Part shown: one piece after another, positions 27,267 through 41,496 of the stretch
Position numbering within the stretch: position 1 is the first letter of the stretch
How the letters are laid out: each line of letters opens with the position of its first letter
Source: Chrysomallon squamiferum
Taxonomy: Eukaryota > Animalia > Mollusca
Assembly (NCBI GenBank): GCA_012295275.1
Contig: CM022679.1
Location: 10,974,001-11,038,000 of the forward strand
Length of the DNA stretch: 64,000 nucleotides
Direction of reading: 5' to 3'
Position numbers and translations under genes: made by a program
The notes under the pieces: generated by a model
Databases searched by the model: none
The model's input: only the letters and a program-made list of their open reading frames with translations
What the model was told of the DNA's origin: nothing

Positions 27267-28073
27267 ATATTATATTGTATTATAGCATATTTTAAATCAG
27301 TGTTTCAGAAGGTTATTTTTTAATTTCAATTCCTTTCGTGGATCTTAAACCAGCATTTCTATGGATTCCGTTGACTCCATAAATATTTATTTAGATACTT
27401 CCAAATATTTAGAAACAGCAGAAAGATATTTATATGTGATTTAGAGTGTAATGAAGCACATATAAACAAAAAGAAAGAAGGGAAGATACAATGCACTACA
27501 TAAATTATGTACAAGACATATCTATTCGTGTACAACTCAAATACACTAGCAAATGAACAGTAGTCTTATATCTTTATTTAGTTATTTATTTTATTTTATT
27601 TGTTTGATTTATTATTATTTTTCAATTATAATTATTTTTCAGTATATGATTTTTATGTTTGTTACAACTATTGTTGATGTTTTTGTTTTGTATGTTTGTG
27701 TTCATTTTTGTTGTTGTTGTTGTCGTAGTTGTTGTTCTTATTTGACTCAGACCTTAAAATTATATCAGAATGTTAATCTGTTGTAATTTTACTTAAAATA
27801 AAAACCATAATTATATTAAATATCAAAACATAATATATATTATATATATATATATTATTCAGAACATCTTCTCCAGAAATGTTATGTATTTATTTATAAC
27901 CGATAGACAGACACATACATACACAAATCGATCGTAAGACACATACGCTAAAACAAACAGACGTATTGATCGGCATAATTATCCGTTTTAAGTACGTAAT
28001 TGTGGTCCACGAATATCATCGTGCAAAACGCTATAGTATTACGACAATAAAGTCAAATACATCAAATACTTGG

Positions 28074-28104
<31 letters not shown>

Positions 28105-29059
28105 AAACACACACACACACAGGTTATTCTCTCCATAAACAATTCTTATATAGACGAAAATGAAAGATATGTATATATTACCTATGGCTATTTTGTACTC
28201 AGGTGAAATATTCTGACAAGGTATAGCTATGTAACTATAATATTAGATGCGGTTAAAAGGAAAAACACCAAACTATTATTTTGTTACTAGTAAAGAAAAC
28301 TAAGTGTTAAAAGTAAAAATAACATGACAAGAAATTTACAAACTATATTTTTTGAAATATTTCATAATATTGTTTTTTAATTAATTAATTAAATTTATTT
28401 TTTAACATACACACAGGCGCGCACGCGTAATTTTGGTAGACTTACAAACACACATACATACTAATAATAACGATACATTTTCTGCATATGTAAATAAATA
28501 AAAATTAAATATAAATGTTGTCTGCTCATGTCGAAATGTATAATTTTATAATTAACAGTTTTAGAGTTTCTTTTAACAAAATTTAATTATCACAACAAAA
28601 TCGTTTATGGATGTAAACACAAGTGATTATCCCTTCCGGCTTTTATAATTAAACAAACTGAAATGTTTATGAGAAAAACGCAGGTGTAAATCATAGCTTA
28701 TATCTTTTTTTTTTATTTATTTTTTTATTTTTTTTTTTCTTTATTTATTTTTAGTTAATTAGTTATTTTTGTTATTATTTTCTATTTTATTACGATTATT
28801 ATTAATTTCTGTTCTATTCTATTTTATTTATTTATTTATTTATTTATTTATTTTAATTTTAATTATATTTTATTATTTATTTATTTTTTAGGATTAAAAA
28901 AATAAGAAATAAGAAATTAATACAGAGATTAAAAAACAAAACAAACAAAAAAACAACACAAAAAAACGAAAAAAAAAACACAAGAAAACCGCAACGTTAA
29001 ACATTAATCACAGACGACGTGTTTTCGTGTTAATCTGTTCCCGTTGAGATAAAACGTCA

Positions 29060-29260
29060 TTGTTTTAAGGGACCGCTCTGGGTCGAGGTCACGAGACACT
29101 GAACAGTGTTGGTCCCTCAGGTATGGGAACTATTCGTTCTATGCCAATATTTATCCCCTGCGACCAATGAACGACGCCGAAAAAGCCCAGCGGACGGAAA
29201 GTGGGCGGGCCTCCGTTTATCGGCCTGTCAATAGTAAATTCTAAACGCAAACAAAGCCAC
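29060..29260 (+). promoter_or_regulatory. CpG-rich proximal promoter of a second gene
   Basis: CCAAT at 29144 and 29164, GC box GGGCGGG 29203-29209, the most GC/CpG-rich stretch by eye, and a strong splice donor downstream. Confidence 0.7.
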
Positions 29261-29587
29261 AAGCTCTTCGCTGCCCGTGTGTGTGTATGTGTGTGTACGT
29301 GTGTGTACGAGCGCTTCGTGGCGCTGTGTTCCAAAGGCTTGAATGGATTGAATTGCATGGGAATAGGAAATGGTAACAATATACATGTAGGACTTGTGTT
29401 TTGATACTTCTCTTCCGCTCTGCTTGGATAGTAAAAAGTCGACGACGTGGAGGGAGAGAGAGGCAGGCAGGCCGACTGAGGGAAAGAGGGAGAGGAGAGA
29501 GCCCATGACTGACTGGACTAACTGTTTGAGTCCCACCTGTAGAATAGTCCAACAGTGGTAGAAGAAAACGGCGCAGACGATGGAATG
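29260..29587 (+). other. Candidate first exon (mostly 5' UTR) of an unidentified gene; start approximate
   Basis: Ends ATG GAA TG|gtaagt (consensus donor) directly downstream of the promoter motifs and is followed by a T-rich intron. Confidence 0.65.
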
Positions 29588-29805
29588 GTAAGTATTTTCT
29601 GAAAAGAAAAAAAAAAAAAAAAAAAAATACAGTCGAGGTTGTAGCTTTTTTCTTTAATGCTATTATCTATCTTTGAGGTGGTTGCGGATTTTTTATTTTA
29701 TTTTTATTTTTTTTATTTTTTTTAATAAAAAGCCTTGCGGGAGGTCGAATGAGATAGAGAGGTGGGTTGGTAGGGTTAATATCGTAATGTGCTTGACGTT
29801 TATTT

Positions 29806-29841
<36 letters not shown>

Positions 29842-30433
29842 CTTTTCTTTTTTATTATTTCTACCTCTCACAACGATGGTGATGTTGTGAGTGTGTATAA
29901 ATGCTTGCAGAGGAGTATGGAAACGTTAATAAAACGACGTTTATTGCACGGTAATTGTTACGGATAATGCTTTAATGTTGCTGGAATTAGCGGAAGATTG
30001 GCAACTATCCAGGCCAGTTTGCCAGGGCGAAATAAGGTGGGTGCCTATAAATATGACTGGTTTGTATCTATAATTCTGGATCGGTGCCAACGGAAGGCGT
30101 CTTAGCATGTCAAACGCCTTTTTGTTTTGAAATAATTATTGTTAGCCATCGTGTATGCATGGACATAACACACGTGTTGATTTTGTTAATACATACGCGT
30201 TTGTTTGTATATAAAGGAAATGTGTAACGTGGCCTGGCAATATGAAACGTTAGAGAGGCAGAAGAGATGCGACGATTACACACACAGATATTAATTAATA
30301 TTACAGACAGATCGACTGACAGACAGACGTACACACAGCTCGATTTACAAGACAGATCGATCGTAATAACACAAATGTGAATAATGTACTATAGTCTATA
30401 ATAATAATTATTATTATTATCATCATCATCATT

Positions 30434-30464
<31 letters not shown>

Positions 30465-30952
30465 CAGTGGTCATAATAATGCCGATATTTAGAAAGGCAG
30501 ATGTAAATACATAGCCTAAAGTTCACTTAACGTTACTACTGGTTTATGATTACATTAGTCAGACATTCTGTTTTGCTTTTATTACGCAGTAAAAGTGTTC
30601 TGCTTTTTAACATTCCGAGATATTTATTTTATTATAATTCCACATCACATACAGTCTGATGTCAGCGTAATCATTTTCTTTTTTTTTTTTTTTTTTATCT
30701 CATTGATAATTATTAGATGAATATATGAATGCACAAGTCTTTCCTTATTTTCTCTTTCTGCTTCCTGATGTAAAATCACGATCACGAGATTCCGCATTTC
30801 TGCGTCCCTGTGACTCAAACATTATATTGTTTGACATGTGCCGGACAAATGAAAAAAACACCATGATCTCTCTCTCTCTCTCTCTCTATATATATGTGTG
30901 TCTGTGTGAGTGTGTGTGTCTGATATATGAGAGAGATAGACATGTGTGTGTG

Positions 30953-31028
<76 letters not shown>

Positions 31029-31178
31029 ATCACTAGGCATTTATTTATTCATTCATTCATTCATTTATCCATTCATTCATCAGTCCATTTAATCATTAAA
31101 TTTTCACTAACACATTGGTATTAAGAAATAATAATTTTAACTCAGATTCATAAAAATAAAAACATTTTAAAATTTAAC

Positions 31179-31211
<33 letters not shown>

Positions 31212-34023
31212 GGGGAGGAGAGGCAAGACTATTCGAATTATCCATACATCTGAAACACAAAATGTAAGTTTTCTGATATGGATCGCTGACCTGAATTTGT
31301 GGACACGTAAATGCAGACTGAAAAGTTTGAGGTCGTCAAAGAATAGGTCACTGAAACTTGGCAGCGCTACAGTTTATGCCGATTGGTTTATAAACCATTC
31401 ATAAAGGTTACTGACCTATATTTCAGCAAGTGCACGTGGCAACACAAACCATACAACTTAGCAAAATCTAATAACCAGCTAATCATTTATTTTAAATTAT
31501 TCTGGAAAGCGCACCATATAATCAAATTGCAAACAGGCTTTTGACTTTCCTTGTTGTTAATAATTAATGTGGAATTGCATTCCGACACGTGAGTATCTCA
31601 CCTGTTGCTATTGGCATAATTGCTAAACGGATAAATTGCTAAATATGTAGTTTATTTTGAATGTATTGCATTTAATGGACAGTGCAGGTATAAGCTATCT
31701 GAAAGCAAAAATAACCAAAAGTCCAAAGAGAGATTATACAACCTAAGAAACTGCGATTTGGGTTTATGATGGCTACGTAAGTACAGAAAAATGGCCGCAC
31801 CTCCCACAGTGATTAGAGTGGGCTCCGTTCCTAGGTGTGCAAAACATTCTATTCTTAATACCCATAAAGGTGTGACTGCGTTCCCGACGTTGTGTGAGAC
31901 TCAGACAACGATTTTTGTGTGTGTGTGGGGGGGGAGGGTTAAAACCAGGCAACACACAAGTCGTTTGGTCTCAGATATAAATTTTCAAGTGACAGGCAAA
32001 TTAGGTGAAGCTATGCCAACAATGTTGATAACGTCCTGAATTAAACTCTGGAGTGAATTTTAATATTGTAGTCTGTGAAAAACCTCCTAGTTTCATACGG
32101 ATGTCATCATTATGTATTTCCTTGTTTGAACCTCTTCCGGTGCTTATCTGCTGTTAGAATATGAGAGCGCTTCCATGACTGAGATATTCACAGCATTATC
32201 ACATCGTTCATATTTTTGATATGAGAACATTGTAGTTTTATCTCAGTAGCCGTGCGGGGTTAAATGTACTTAGGACGAGCTTCTTAAAACACGTTTATCG
32301 TAAGCAGTTTAACGCTACAAACATAAAACATAATCGTTTTATTGCAACAATCCGTTATTGTTAATTGTTTTAATTAATTCTGTATGTTGCAGTTTTTTGG
32401 GGACAATAGTAATCTATTCATTTTTGTTGTTGTTTCTTTTTTGTTTTTGTTTTTTTGTTGGGCTATTTTCGGGCTCTTTATGTTTTGTTTTTGTATTTAT
32501 GCTTTTCTTATTTTTTTTATTTTTTATTATTATTATTTTGCCTTAGGACTGTAAAATTGTATATATTTAAGAGCTAATAAATTCTCTCATAAAAATATGT
32601 TGTCTTTGTATTAAAGCAGGTTAGATTATTATTAGTTTTTCTTGCTTCTCTTTGTTCATTTTGTTTCACTATGAACCAAAACACGCAGATATAGATCGTT
32701 TTCGTTTTATTCATAAAAAAAAAAAAAAAAAATTGGAAAAAGGATATTTTGATTGGTATTGAGCAAATATACTGAAAAATTTATCACTGAAAATGCATAA
32801 AATAAAAAATGTAAAACTGCATACGTGTAAACTATGAATGTAACTGATCCACGGTACGGGATAATATAAAAAAAATAGAAATATGTAAAACTTTAAAACT
32901 GTACGATTATGCGCATAAATGTGTACGCCTTAATGTGCTTCATCATCGCCAGAGCCAGACATGTGTATGCGAATTCAAGGAGGGCGTAATGTGGCATTTA
33001 CCATCGTTCTCCATCCATTATATTTTTGTTTATAACTCAGTTTATCTTTAAAATTATAATCAAAGATAATAATAATTTTCTCGATCCCTCCCAGACATGT
33101 ATATGAGTACGTTGTGTTCGAAAGCGAAGTACAGGCAGGTAGGTAGGTGTCGTGTTTGCGTTTCATCAGTGTTTTGAGAATGTTGTATGCGGCGCCGAAT
33201 TTCCAGACGACAATGGTAGCCAATGGGCATCATCAGATTTTGTAATCGGAAAATCAAAATACACGTAACCTAATTTTATTCTGATCTATAACTGTTAATA
33301 TAACAGAAGTCGGTACAGTTAAGAAGAATAAGTAAAAGCAACCAGGATATATATATATTTTTTTTATCTAGCCTTGATTTCTTCAGTGGAAGCAAATAGT
33401 CATATATAAAATATTCTTTACATTTTTCGCTTTCGTTTTAATTATACTGAATTTATAAAATGTTGTATTTGACCAGTGATACATTAAAAATGTTTTACTA
33501 GGATATATGCAGTGTAAATACTTCTTAGCCTATTTTCAGATATAATAATAATAATTATCACAAATAATAATAATGGTGACGATGATGATGATAACAAAGA
33601 AACATCTTTGTAAATAATGCGAGGATAATTTAGTTTTCACATTTTTAAATATATTATTTTGTCTGAATACGCAATCTTTTTTCTTCTTCCTTTATTCTTC
33701 TTCTTCTTCTTCGTTTTCTTTCCCAAAGCCATACTCAGACTTCCAGTCCTGCTCTTACCAGAAACTCCGCTATGTTTCGAAGGGACATTCGGGTCTGGCC
33801 AGGTTACTTGACTCAGAGTGTTGTATGATGAAGGACAAGACTCAAGAATCTGTTCAGACGTCTGGGCAGCTGTACCACAGGGACATTCTTTTAATTCTGT
33901 ACATTAATTAATGAGTTTTTATTTCAGTAGCTTATACTGAATGATGGATTGATGAAATTATATAGTTTATTGGACGTTACTTTGTCTTTTAAAATAACAT
34001 AGAGATTTGATGTTATTTTAGTT

Positions 34024-34338
34024 CGGGGTAGAGACGTGATTCGTCGCTGGATCAATCCTCTTTCGTTCTCTTTCTGGTATATCCAGTGTTCAGTACAACC
34101 AATACAGCAGCTCTGCTTTATGAAAGAGTTTGATAGAAGCTTTAATATTTACTGGAATGTGTATGCAAAAGATCGCTTGCTGCTAATCGTAAAGAAATAA
34201 CCCAGTGAGAAGCGGTAGTTGGATTTCCTTTTTCATTACGGTCCTTATTCATAAGCAATATAATGTTATGTAGCGGGGGATTTAAAAAAATGATCAAAGT
34301 GCAATTGTAGTTAAATAAAACTTTCTTCCTTCCTCCTC
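34024..34338 (+). mobile_element. Near full-length degraded SINE
   Basis: Ordered blocks ggatcaatcct...ccagtg...aaaagatcgcttgctgctaatcg...ggatttcct...gttaaataaaac-tttcttccttcc. The core is shared with copies at 58906, 62045 and 62906. Confidence 0.65.
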
Positions 34339-35288
34339 ATGTTATTTTTGAATGCATAAGGAAAATGACTTCTTTCCCCCACACACACACACTAAAACTT
34401 TGTTCACCTACAGAATGAAATTAGGGCATACAGGAAGATACGTTTGTAAGGATGTTTTATGTGCATATGTGTATGTGTGTCAGTCTGAGCGTGTGCACGT
34501 GTGTGCATGTGTGTTTGTGTGTGTGTAATATTATGATAATAACTTGTCCCACACATCACCCTCCCACCACCTGCGGCAACCTCATCGTGGCGACAGCGAC
34601 ACCGTCTGCCACATTTCTGGCACCATCACGTTCGTTAGAAGTTCATTTCGGACACGCATACAGCCGATTTTGAATTATGCACAAGTCTGGCACATGAGCT
34701 GATAAAACGTTTCCGACCTACGTGAAATCCACACTTGAATAGAGCTAGATAGGCGATACTGTATTAAATATTCGGGTTGGTCCGCGACTGTCACAGACAC
34801 TCACGTGAATATGTCGCTTTAATCGGACAGGCTCGCTGTTCGTTAAAGGTCAGGGGTCGTGCGTTGGACAATAACCAGAATTCAGACCTTGTTCTCTTCT
34901 ACCATATTAAGTTACATTTGAGACCTGCATCAAATAATTCTCCAACGCTGCGTTGGTGAATAAATACGTCGGCGTGTGTACGTATGTATAACATGCTTTT
35001 TTTTTATTTATGCCTAGTGTGCATTTTCTGTATGCAGTATTTCCTTTTGACACTTCATTGATATGGAGGTAACAGTTATGTTTATCCATATAATTGCATT
35101 TTGTTTTTGTTTTTTTGTTATCATTTTGTTTTGCATAACCCAACATTGTGCTGAGAAAAGTATCAGTTAAAAGAAATGGGCCAATATCCAAACAAAATCT
35201 CCGGGATTTTTATATAATATTTATTGTTCGTTTTCTAAATACATGTAGGTGCGTTTGAGTGTATGTGAAGGAGTAAAAGAGAAAGAAA

Positions 35289-35363
<75 letters not shown>

Positions 35364-35649
35364 ATTACTAGTATTTATCATTATAATTAAATGTGTGTAA
35401 CCTAGAATCGATGCAATGACTCTGTTGATAAATGTAATGTAATCTTAATCACGGGACTACGTTATTAAACTCTTTATTTATATTTATTTAACACACTTAT
35501 AGTGTTTATTTAACCTCAAATGTATGGTCATCTTAACATGTTATTTAACCTTCATGTTTTAGATTAGTATCAGATTATTTCGATGAATAAATGAATTTTT
35601 AACGAGTCTCCACTCTACATATTTTAATATTAAAAGACTTAATTCACAA

Positions 35650-35700
<51 letters not shown>

Positions 35701-35954
35701 ACGCAGTTCGTAAAAGTATAGATTTTTCAAATCGTCGATTCATTCATAATATATCTGTAATAATTTTATTTTATTTTACTATTAATAAATATTTTATACT
35801 GTTATTCATTTGGACTTTTCTTCTTGGATTTCTTATAAAAGTAATTCGAATTTAATTTAATACATGCCTTTAATGTTATCAGTATATTAATTTTAAAATC
35901 ATTATATATACTCTTTTTTTTTCATTTATGCAGAGCCACAAATATAACAATAAC

Positions 35955-35999
<45 letters not shown>

Positions 36000-36750
36000 T
36001 ACTAGTGGTGGTAATGGTAGTAGTAGTAATAGTAGTAGTAATTGTACTAGCAGTATTGCTGTCTTTTTAATTCATGGCATACTCCCCGTTTACATCCAGA
36101 GTTAGAGACACAAACAGCGTCATAGACAGACATGCTTTGCACATTTTTGTCACGGTAGTATTCCTTTTCCAGGTTGATCTGGAAGGAACTGTATGTTACA
36201 ATGACTGGTTATGCTGTGTCCAATACTGTGCAGAAACCCATCTCCCTCGTTTTGCAGTCGGACGATTTCCTCTTCTGGGTATAATCACATTTCACCATAT
36301 AAGTGTTTTTCAAGTGTCGATTATATTACTAATATAAAAATAGTCAAACCATTAGAAAAACCAACAGTTTTAAAGTGCATCCGACCCTAGTTCATACATT
36401 CTTTTTTTTTTCTTTTTTTTATTGTTCAGACAGGTTTCGGGGAATTACGGAAATGTACGATTGTAAAGTGTGTTTCCAATGGAGTTTATGGATTTTTTTT
36501 TTTTTTTCTGTTTTTTTTCGTCATGTTCTGCACGTGCCACGCATTCTTGAGTTAGAAAATATTTGGGTTACCTTGCACAAGCGTTTTGTTTGCCAACAAA
36601 GTCAACGAATAGAAAAGACAAATTAATTTCAAAGCTGATTTCCCCACCCAACCCCCGTTAGTAAGAAATTTCTTCTTTCGGTTTAGGAGATAATTTAAAT
36701 ATGAATGTCGTGATTCGTTCTGTTGTAAGAAATTTCTTCTTCTTTTTCAG

Positions 36751-36992
36751 AACTAATTCACGGACTGGATGGAGAAAAGACTGAAAACAAAAAGGAGAAT
36801 CCACTACGTGTTATTCCACGTAACGGAGCAGCAGCATCTGTCGTCATTATTTTCAAAAAGAATTAATCCCAGCTGACTTTTCCAGAAAGATCAACGCTAC
36901 CTGTCATCTAGAAGTGAGGACTTCATTGCGCAGATGTCAGATCGGCGGATTGACTCGAATCGGGTTTGCCTCGTTCGGAGACCAAATCACAG
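36751..36992 (+). other. Candidate exon of the second gene (5' UTR plus possible N-terminal coding MSDRRIDSNRVCLVRRPNH from 36934)
   Basis: Strong polypyrimidine acceptor ttcttcttctttttcag|, strong donor CAG|gtaaga, and complex CpG-containing sequence between them. Confidence 0.65.
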
Positions 36993-39247
36993 GTAAGACC
37001 TCTTGAAAATCTGCAGGGCTGTTCTGCTGACGTATGCATCCGATAGAAGAAGAAAGAGAAATGTAGGGAAAATAAGGATGGCTTGGCCTCTTTATCTTAT
37101 TGACCTAACGATTAATTGATTTTTTTATTTTTATTTTTTATTTTTTGTTTTTATGAGTTTGCTTTGTGGTTAGTTGTGTCGTATTTGAGATACAAATATT
37201 TTAGGTTGGAAAGTTTCAGTTCAAAAGATGTTTCCCATCAGAAATGAAATCGGTTTTAATTTTCATATAATTATTTATTGTTGAAACCATTGTTTTCTTG
37301 TTTAAAATTGACCAAAATTGTATATAAAGTATGAAATAAAAAAAAATCCTATTATTTATATCTGTAAGCAAAACGTGTTAGTCATTGTGAGTTTGCATAA
37401 GAAATGTTCAGAGGTAGAGTTAAATATGTTAGATGTAGGTTAGACTATTCTGGTACAAGTGAATCTTACTGAGTCTATCACTAGATGATTCAAATTTATT
37501 TTTATTTCTTTGATTAGAACACTGCTTATCAGCTTTTCTGTAGCAGAGTTTCTTTTTTATTTGAACAAAAGATAAGTTTTTATTAACAAGTTGAATAATT
37601 TATTTACAAATCTTTTTTTCCTAGAAGTTAAATAAAATCAAGAGATATTTTTGTCTGCTCATTCAGTGTAATATAATAACTTTTCAAGCTCATCAACACT
37701 GAGAATATAATTTACATGATATGAAATTAATTTTGTTATTTATAACATTAAAATGAAGATAAATGCATTTCTCTATATTGAACTGTCTGTTCATAGAGAA
37801 TATTTGACTTTCATTCTTTCCATTGTTTTGGTCATGTTTGAGTTTTGACTGGAACTTAAAATTAACAATTGTTATCTTTCTATAACAAAACGAAAGTAAT
37901 GTAGAGTTGTTAATTCATTGCCTTGTCTTACAGGTTATTAGAATGTATTATCATCTTCTGTCAAATCTGTTTCCTTTTGAAGTGATACTCACCTGTGACC
38001 ACCACCCACATTACAATCACCCCCCTCACCATCAAAACCTTGCCATCTTTAAACCTTTAATTGTGCCACCAAAGATGGATGTCAAACATGCTGCTCCCAT
38101 TACAAAGGGTATTTATTTATCAGTAGAGAAGAATGTTTTCACAGCTAAATATATAGCAATTAAGACAGCATCAAGATTCTAACCCTGGTTTTAATTGGAT
38201 TGTCTAAAGGCAATTAAATTTGTTCCAGATAAGGAAGTCATTAAAGTTCCCAGATAGCCATGCACCATGTCTCTGATGTGTGAGAAATATAGTATTGGAG
38301 ATGACCAGGGTTAAGGGCAGTTCCAAAAGAGATTGTCTTGGTATTTGGGTGGGGTTGGAAAGGGTTGATTGAGAACAAATTTTCGTCCTTTGTGGCAGTA
38401 TTTATATCTAATTAAATAGTTTTAATTTAAAACAATTTGGTACACATCCCATCTGACATACATATCAAATTAATGGATAAAGAACATCAGAACATAGACT
38501 CCCCATTACTCCACACTGTACTAAGCTGTTTTGTGAATTTATTTAAATTTAATTTTTAAAATTACAAAATTACATAAGAAAGTTACTTTTGAACCTTAAA
38601 AAAGTTAAAAAATAATAATGTTTTCAAAATGTACTATTATATTGGACATATGTTTGACAAACAAACAAAATAATAATAATAATAATAATAATAATGGTGC
38701 ACAAATAACAGAAAATGGAAGAAATAGCAAATTATATCATAATGTTTACTCCTCCCCTCCCTCCCATTCAGAACACACCACTGGAACTGCCCCAGAAGTA
38801 ACAGGCTGAGAATTGTTGCTGTTTCATAACCTGTCCCAGGCAGTTTTATCTGTCCTGTGCTCTAAGCTGGTGATAAGGTCATCTGTCAAAGTGACCACAA
38901 AGCTGGACTACACAACAATAACATCAATCTTACTTTTACAACAGATGTTTGGAATAAAACTTATCTGTTAATGGGTCTACATGGGCATTGTGTTCGCTGG
39001 CATTGAGGAATGGCAGTGGACAAAGACACAGAATGCTTTTCAAGTGATAGGTGGTGGGAAATGAGACAAAAGTTTAAAATGTAGGTTACCTGTGTAGAGA
39101 GAATTGTCTAAATGTGTTGTGCATATTTGTGTTAGTGTCCAGTTTTTGCTGATAGTAAAATTAATTAAAATTGTATCTGTTATGAACGGCTGGTTTTTTT
39201 TTTTTTTAAATTTTTCATCATCATAATTATCATTATTATTATTATTG

Positions 39248-39308
<61 letters not shown>

Positions 39309-39438
39309 CATCATCATCATCATCAATTCATTTATTTAATTTTTTGTTAAAAATACCAAAATATTGTTTTGTAATATCAAGACACTTTATTTTTAACATA
39401 ATCTTACTTTTAAATCAGGAATACATTATATTATATTA

Positions 39439-39471
<33 letters not shown>

Positions 39472-40821
39472 ATATTGGTTTTATTTGTATTCAAGATAAG
39501 GTCTGTTATATGGTAACTTTGTTCACCAATGTTATTTTTGTCTTCCATGATGACTCATTTTATTTGGAAAGTTGTATTCAGTACAGTTTTGTTGACACCC
39601 ACTTAAATTTTCTTAAAATCCAGATCCACCCCACCAGTTTCCATGAATATTTAGACTTACAAATTCTGGTCTCCTGCAAAGAACTGTAGACAATAGTTTG
39701 AAAAACGCCAAAACCACACAGGTATGTAATATTTGCAGACTTTGAAACTTTGCCAGTCCTTCAGGTTTTCTTTCTTGATGTTGGAGAGAGTAGTTAAAAA
39801 TAATGTATTGTTTTCTGAAACAATGTTCTTTTGGCATTTTCTTTATGCAAAAGATTTGCAGACTTGTAGCAGTTGGACTTAGAAAATCTTAAATTATTTT
39901 AGCAAAGGTTTTTCACACAAGCAAACTGGACTGTTTTTGTTACAGTACTTTTTGAAGAAGTGTGCTTAAGTTGTTTTAGTTAATTGACTTCACATTCACA
40001 AACAAGTCTTTGAAGTGGACAGGTCAAACAGAATGATTTTATGATTTTGTAAGTATGAGTAGACTGTAATCCTTGTAATGTTTGATTAATAAATAAACTG
40101 TACCTTAAAAAGAAAATAAACTTTACAGTTGTTAAAAAAAAGTTTTATAATTCACTTTGTAGGCTAACTAAAAGACAAGAAATGAAATTTAAATAGTAAT
40201 GCAGGACTTAGTAAAAACAACACACACATGCACACACACATATATATATGCTTTAAAAATTGTTCTATTCTCTTCTCTGTACATAAAAACGTGCAGTTCT
40301 GGAATACCTGACACAAACTTTTAAAAATGAATGAAATTTATGTTGACAAAATGGCTGTTGAGAATAATTATCTCTGAACTGTACAGGTTATTTATCTTTC
40401 TAATTATAAACGTCTGTATGCTACTGGGTTTTTTTAAAGTTCACTGCAACTGTTTCACATAAATGATGAAATAACCTCTTTCTATGCACACAAACCGTCT
40501 AAATATCAAGAATAATTGTTCAAATACCAACATTTATGGTGGGCAATAAAACGCAAGGTACATGTGCAAACAGCTTTATGAATTGACTGGCTAAGTTTCC
40601 GTAGAGATGGCTCTCCAGTCTTAGACTGTTCTAGTTACGGCAGTTATCTGATGGATTTCAGATATTTTTGGCACATTCTTTTTCTATATTTAGATGACAT
40701 GTACCTGTGGATGGTGAGTTCTGACAGAGTACACGTTTGAAATGATAAAATACCTGGAGGATAGAAATGAAAATGGGGGAAGAAAAATGATTTTAATTTC
40801 TTCATTTAAATGGTGTGTGTG

Positions 40822-40866
<45 letters not shown>

Positions 40867-41055
40867 GTGTGTGTGTGTGTGTGTGTCTATATAAAATTTA
40901 AAAGTATATAAAACAAATTTGGCTGTTTATGAATTGTTTACTTTTTTAACTATTTCTTTGTAATGATTTGATGTTGAAGTAAGCAGGAAATATTTAATTT
41001 TATAATTTATTTTTCTGATTTTTTAATTTTTAATTTTTATTTAATAAAATAGGTT

Positions 41056-41089
<34 letters not shown>

Positions 41090-41451
41090 TTAAATACTCA
41101 CATTGAAATCATCAGTAATGGTTTAATAGTCACATTTTAATTTCTCATATTGGACTTGTATTTGCACTTGTACAGCATTCTTTTCCTTTTTTGATTTTTT
41201 TCTCATTTTTCTTTTTCTGTTATTTGTTTTTCTGTTTGATACAATTTGTTAATGTTTTTATGTGTTTGGCAAGAGTTCAGTAATAGTTTTATGTTCAGTT
41301 TGCAAGATTTACACTATGAATAATTTAGTTAATTCAGATCTCACTGATAGATTGCTGTCTAGATGGCTAAATAGATTCTTTCTGGTTTATATATGATAGC
41401 TTTTTATTAACTGATAGGCTGTGTATCTTAAATATTTCACACACAGACACA

Positions 41452-41496
<45 letters not shown>

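Noticed and set aside
39624-39721. Candidate internal exon (ccag| ... CAG|gtatgt)
   Set aside because: All frames contain stops; it cannot be supported as coding.
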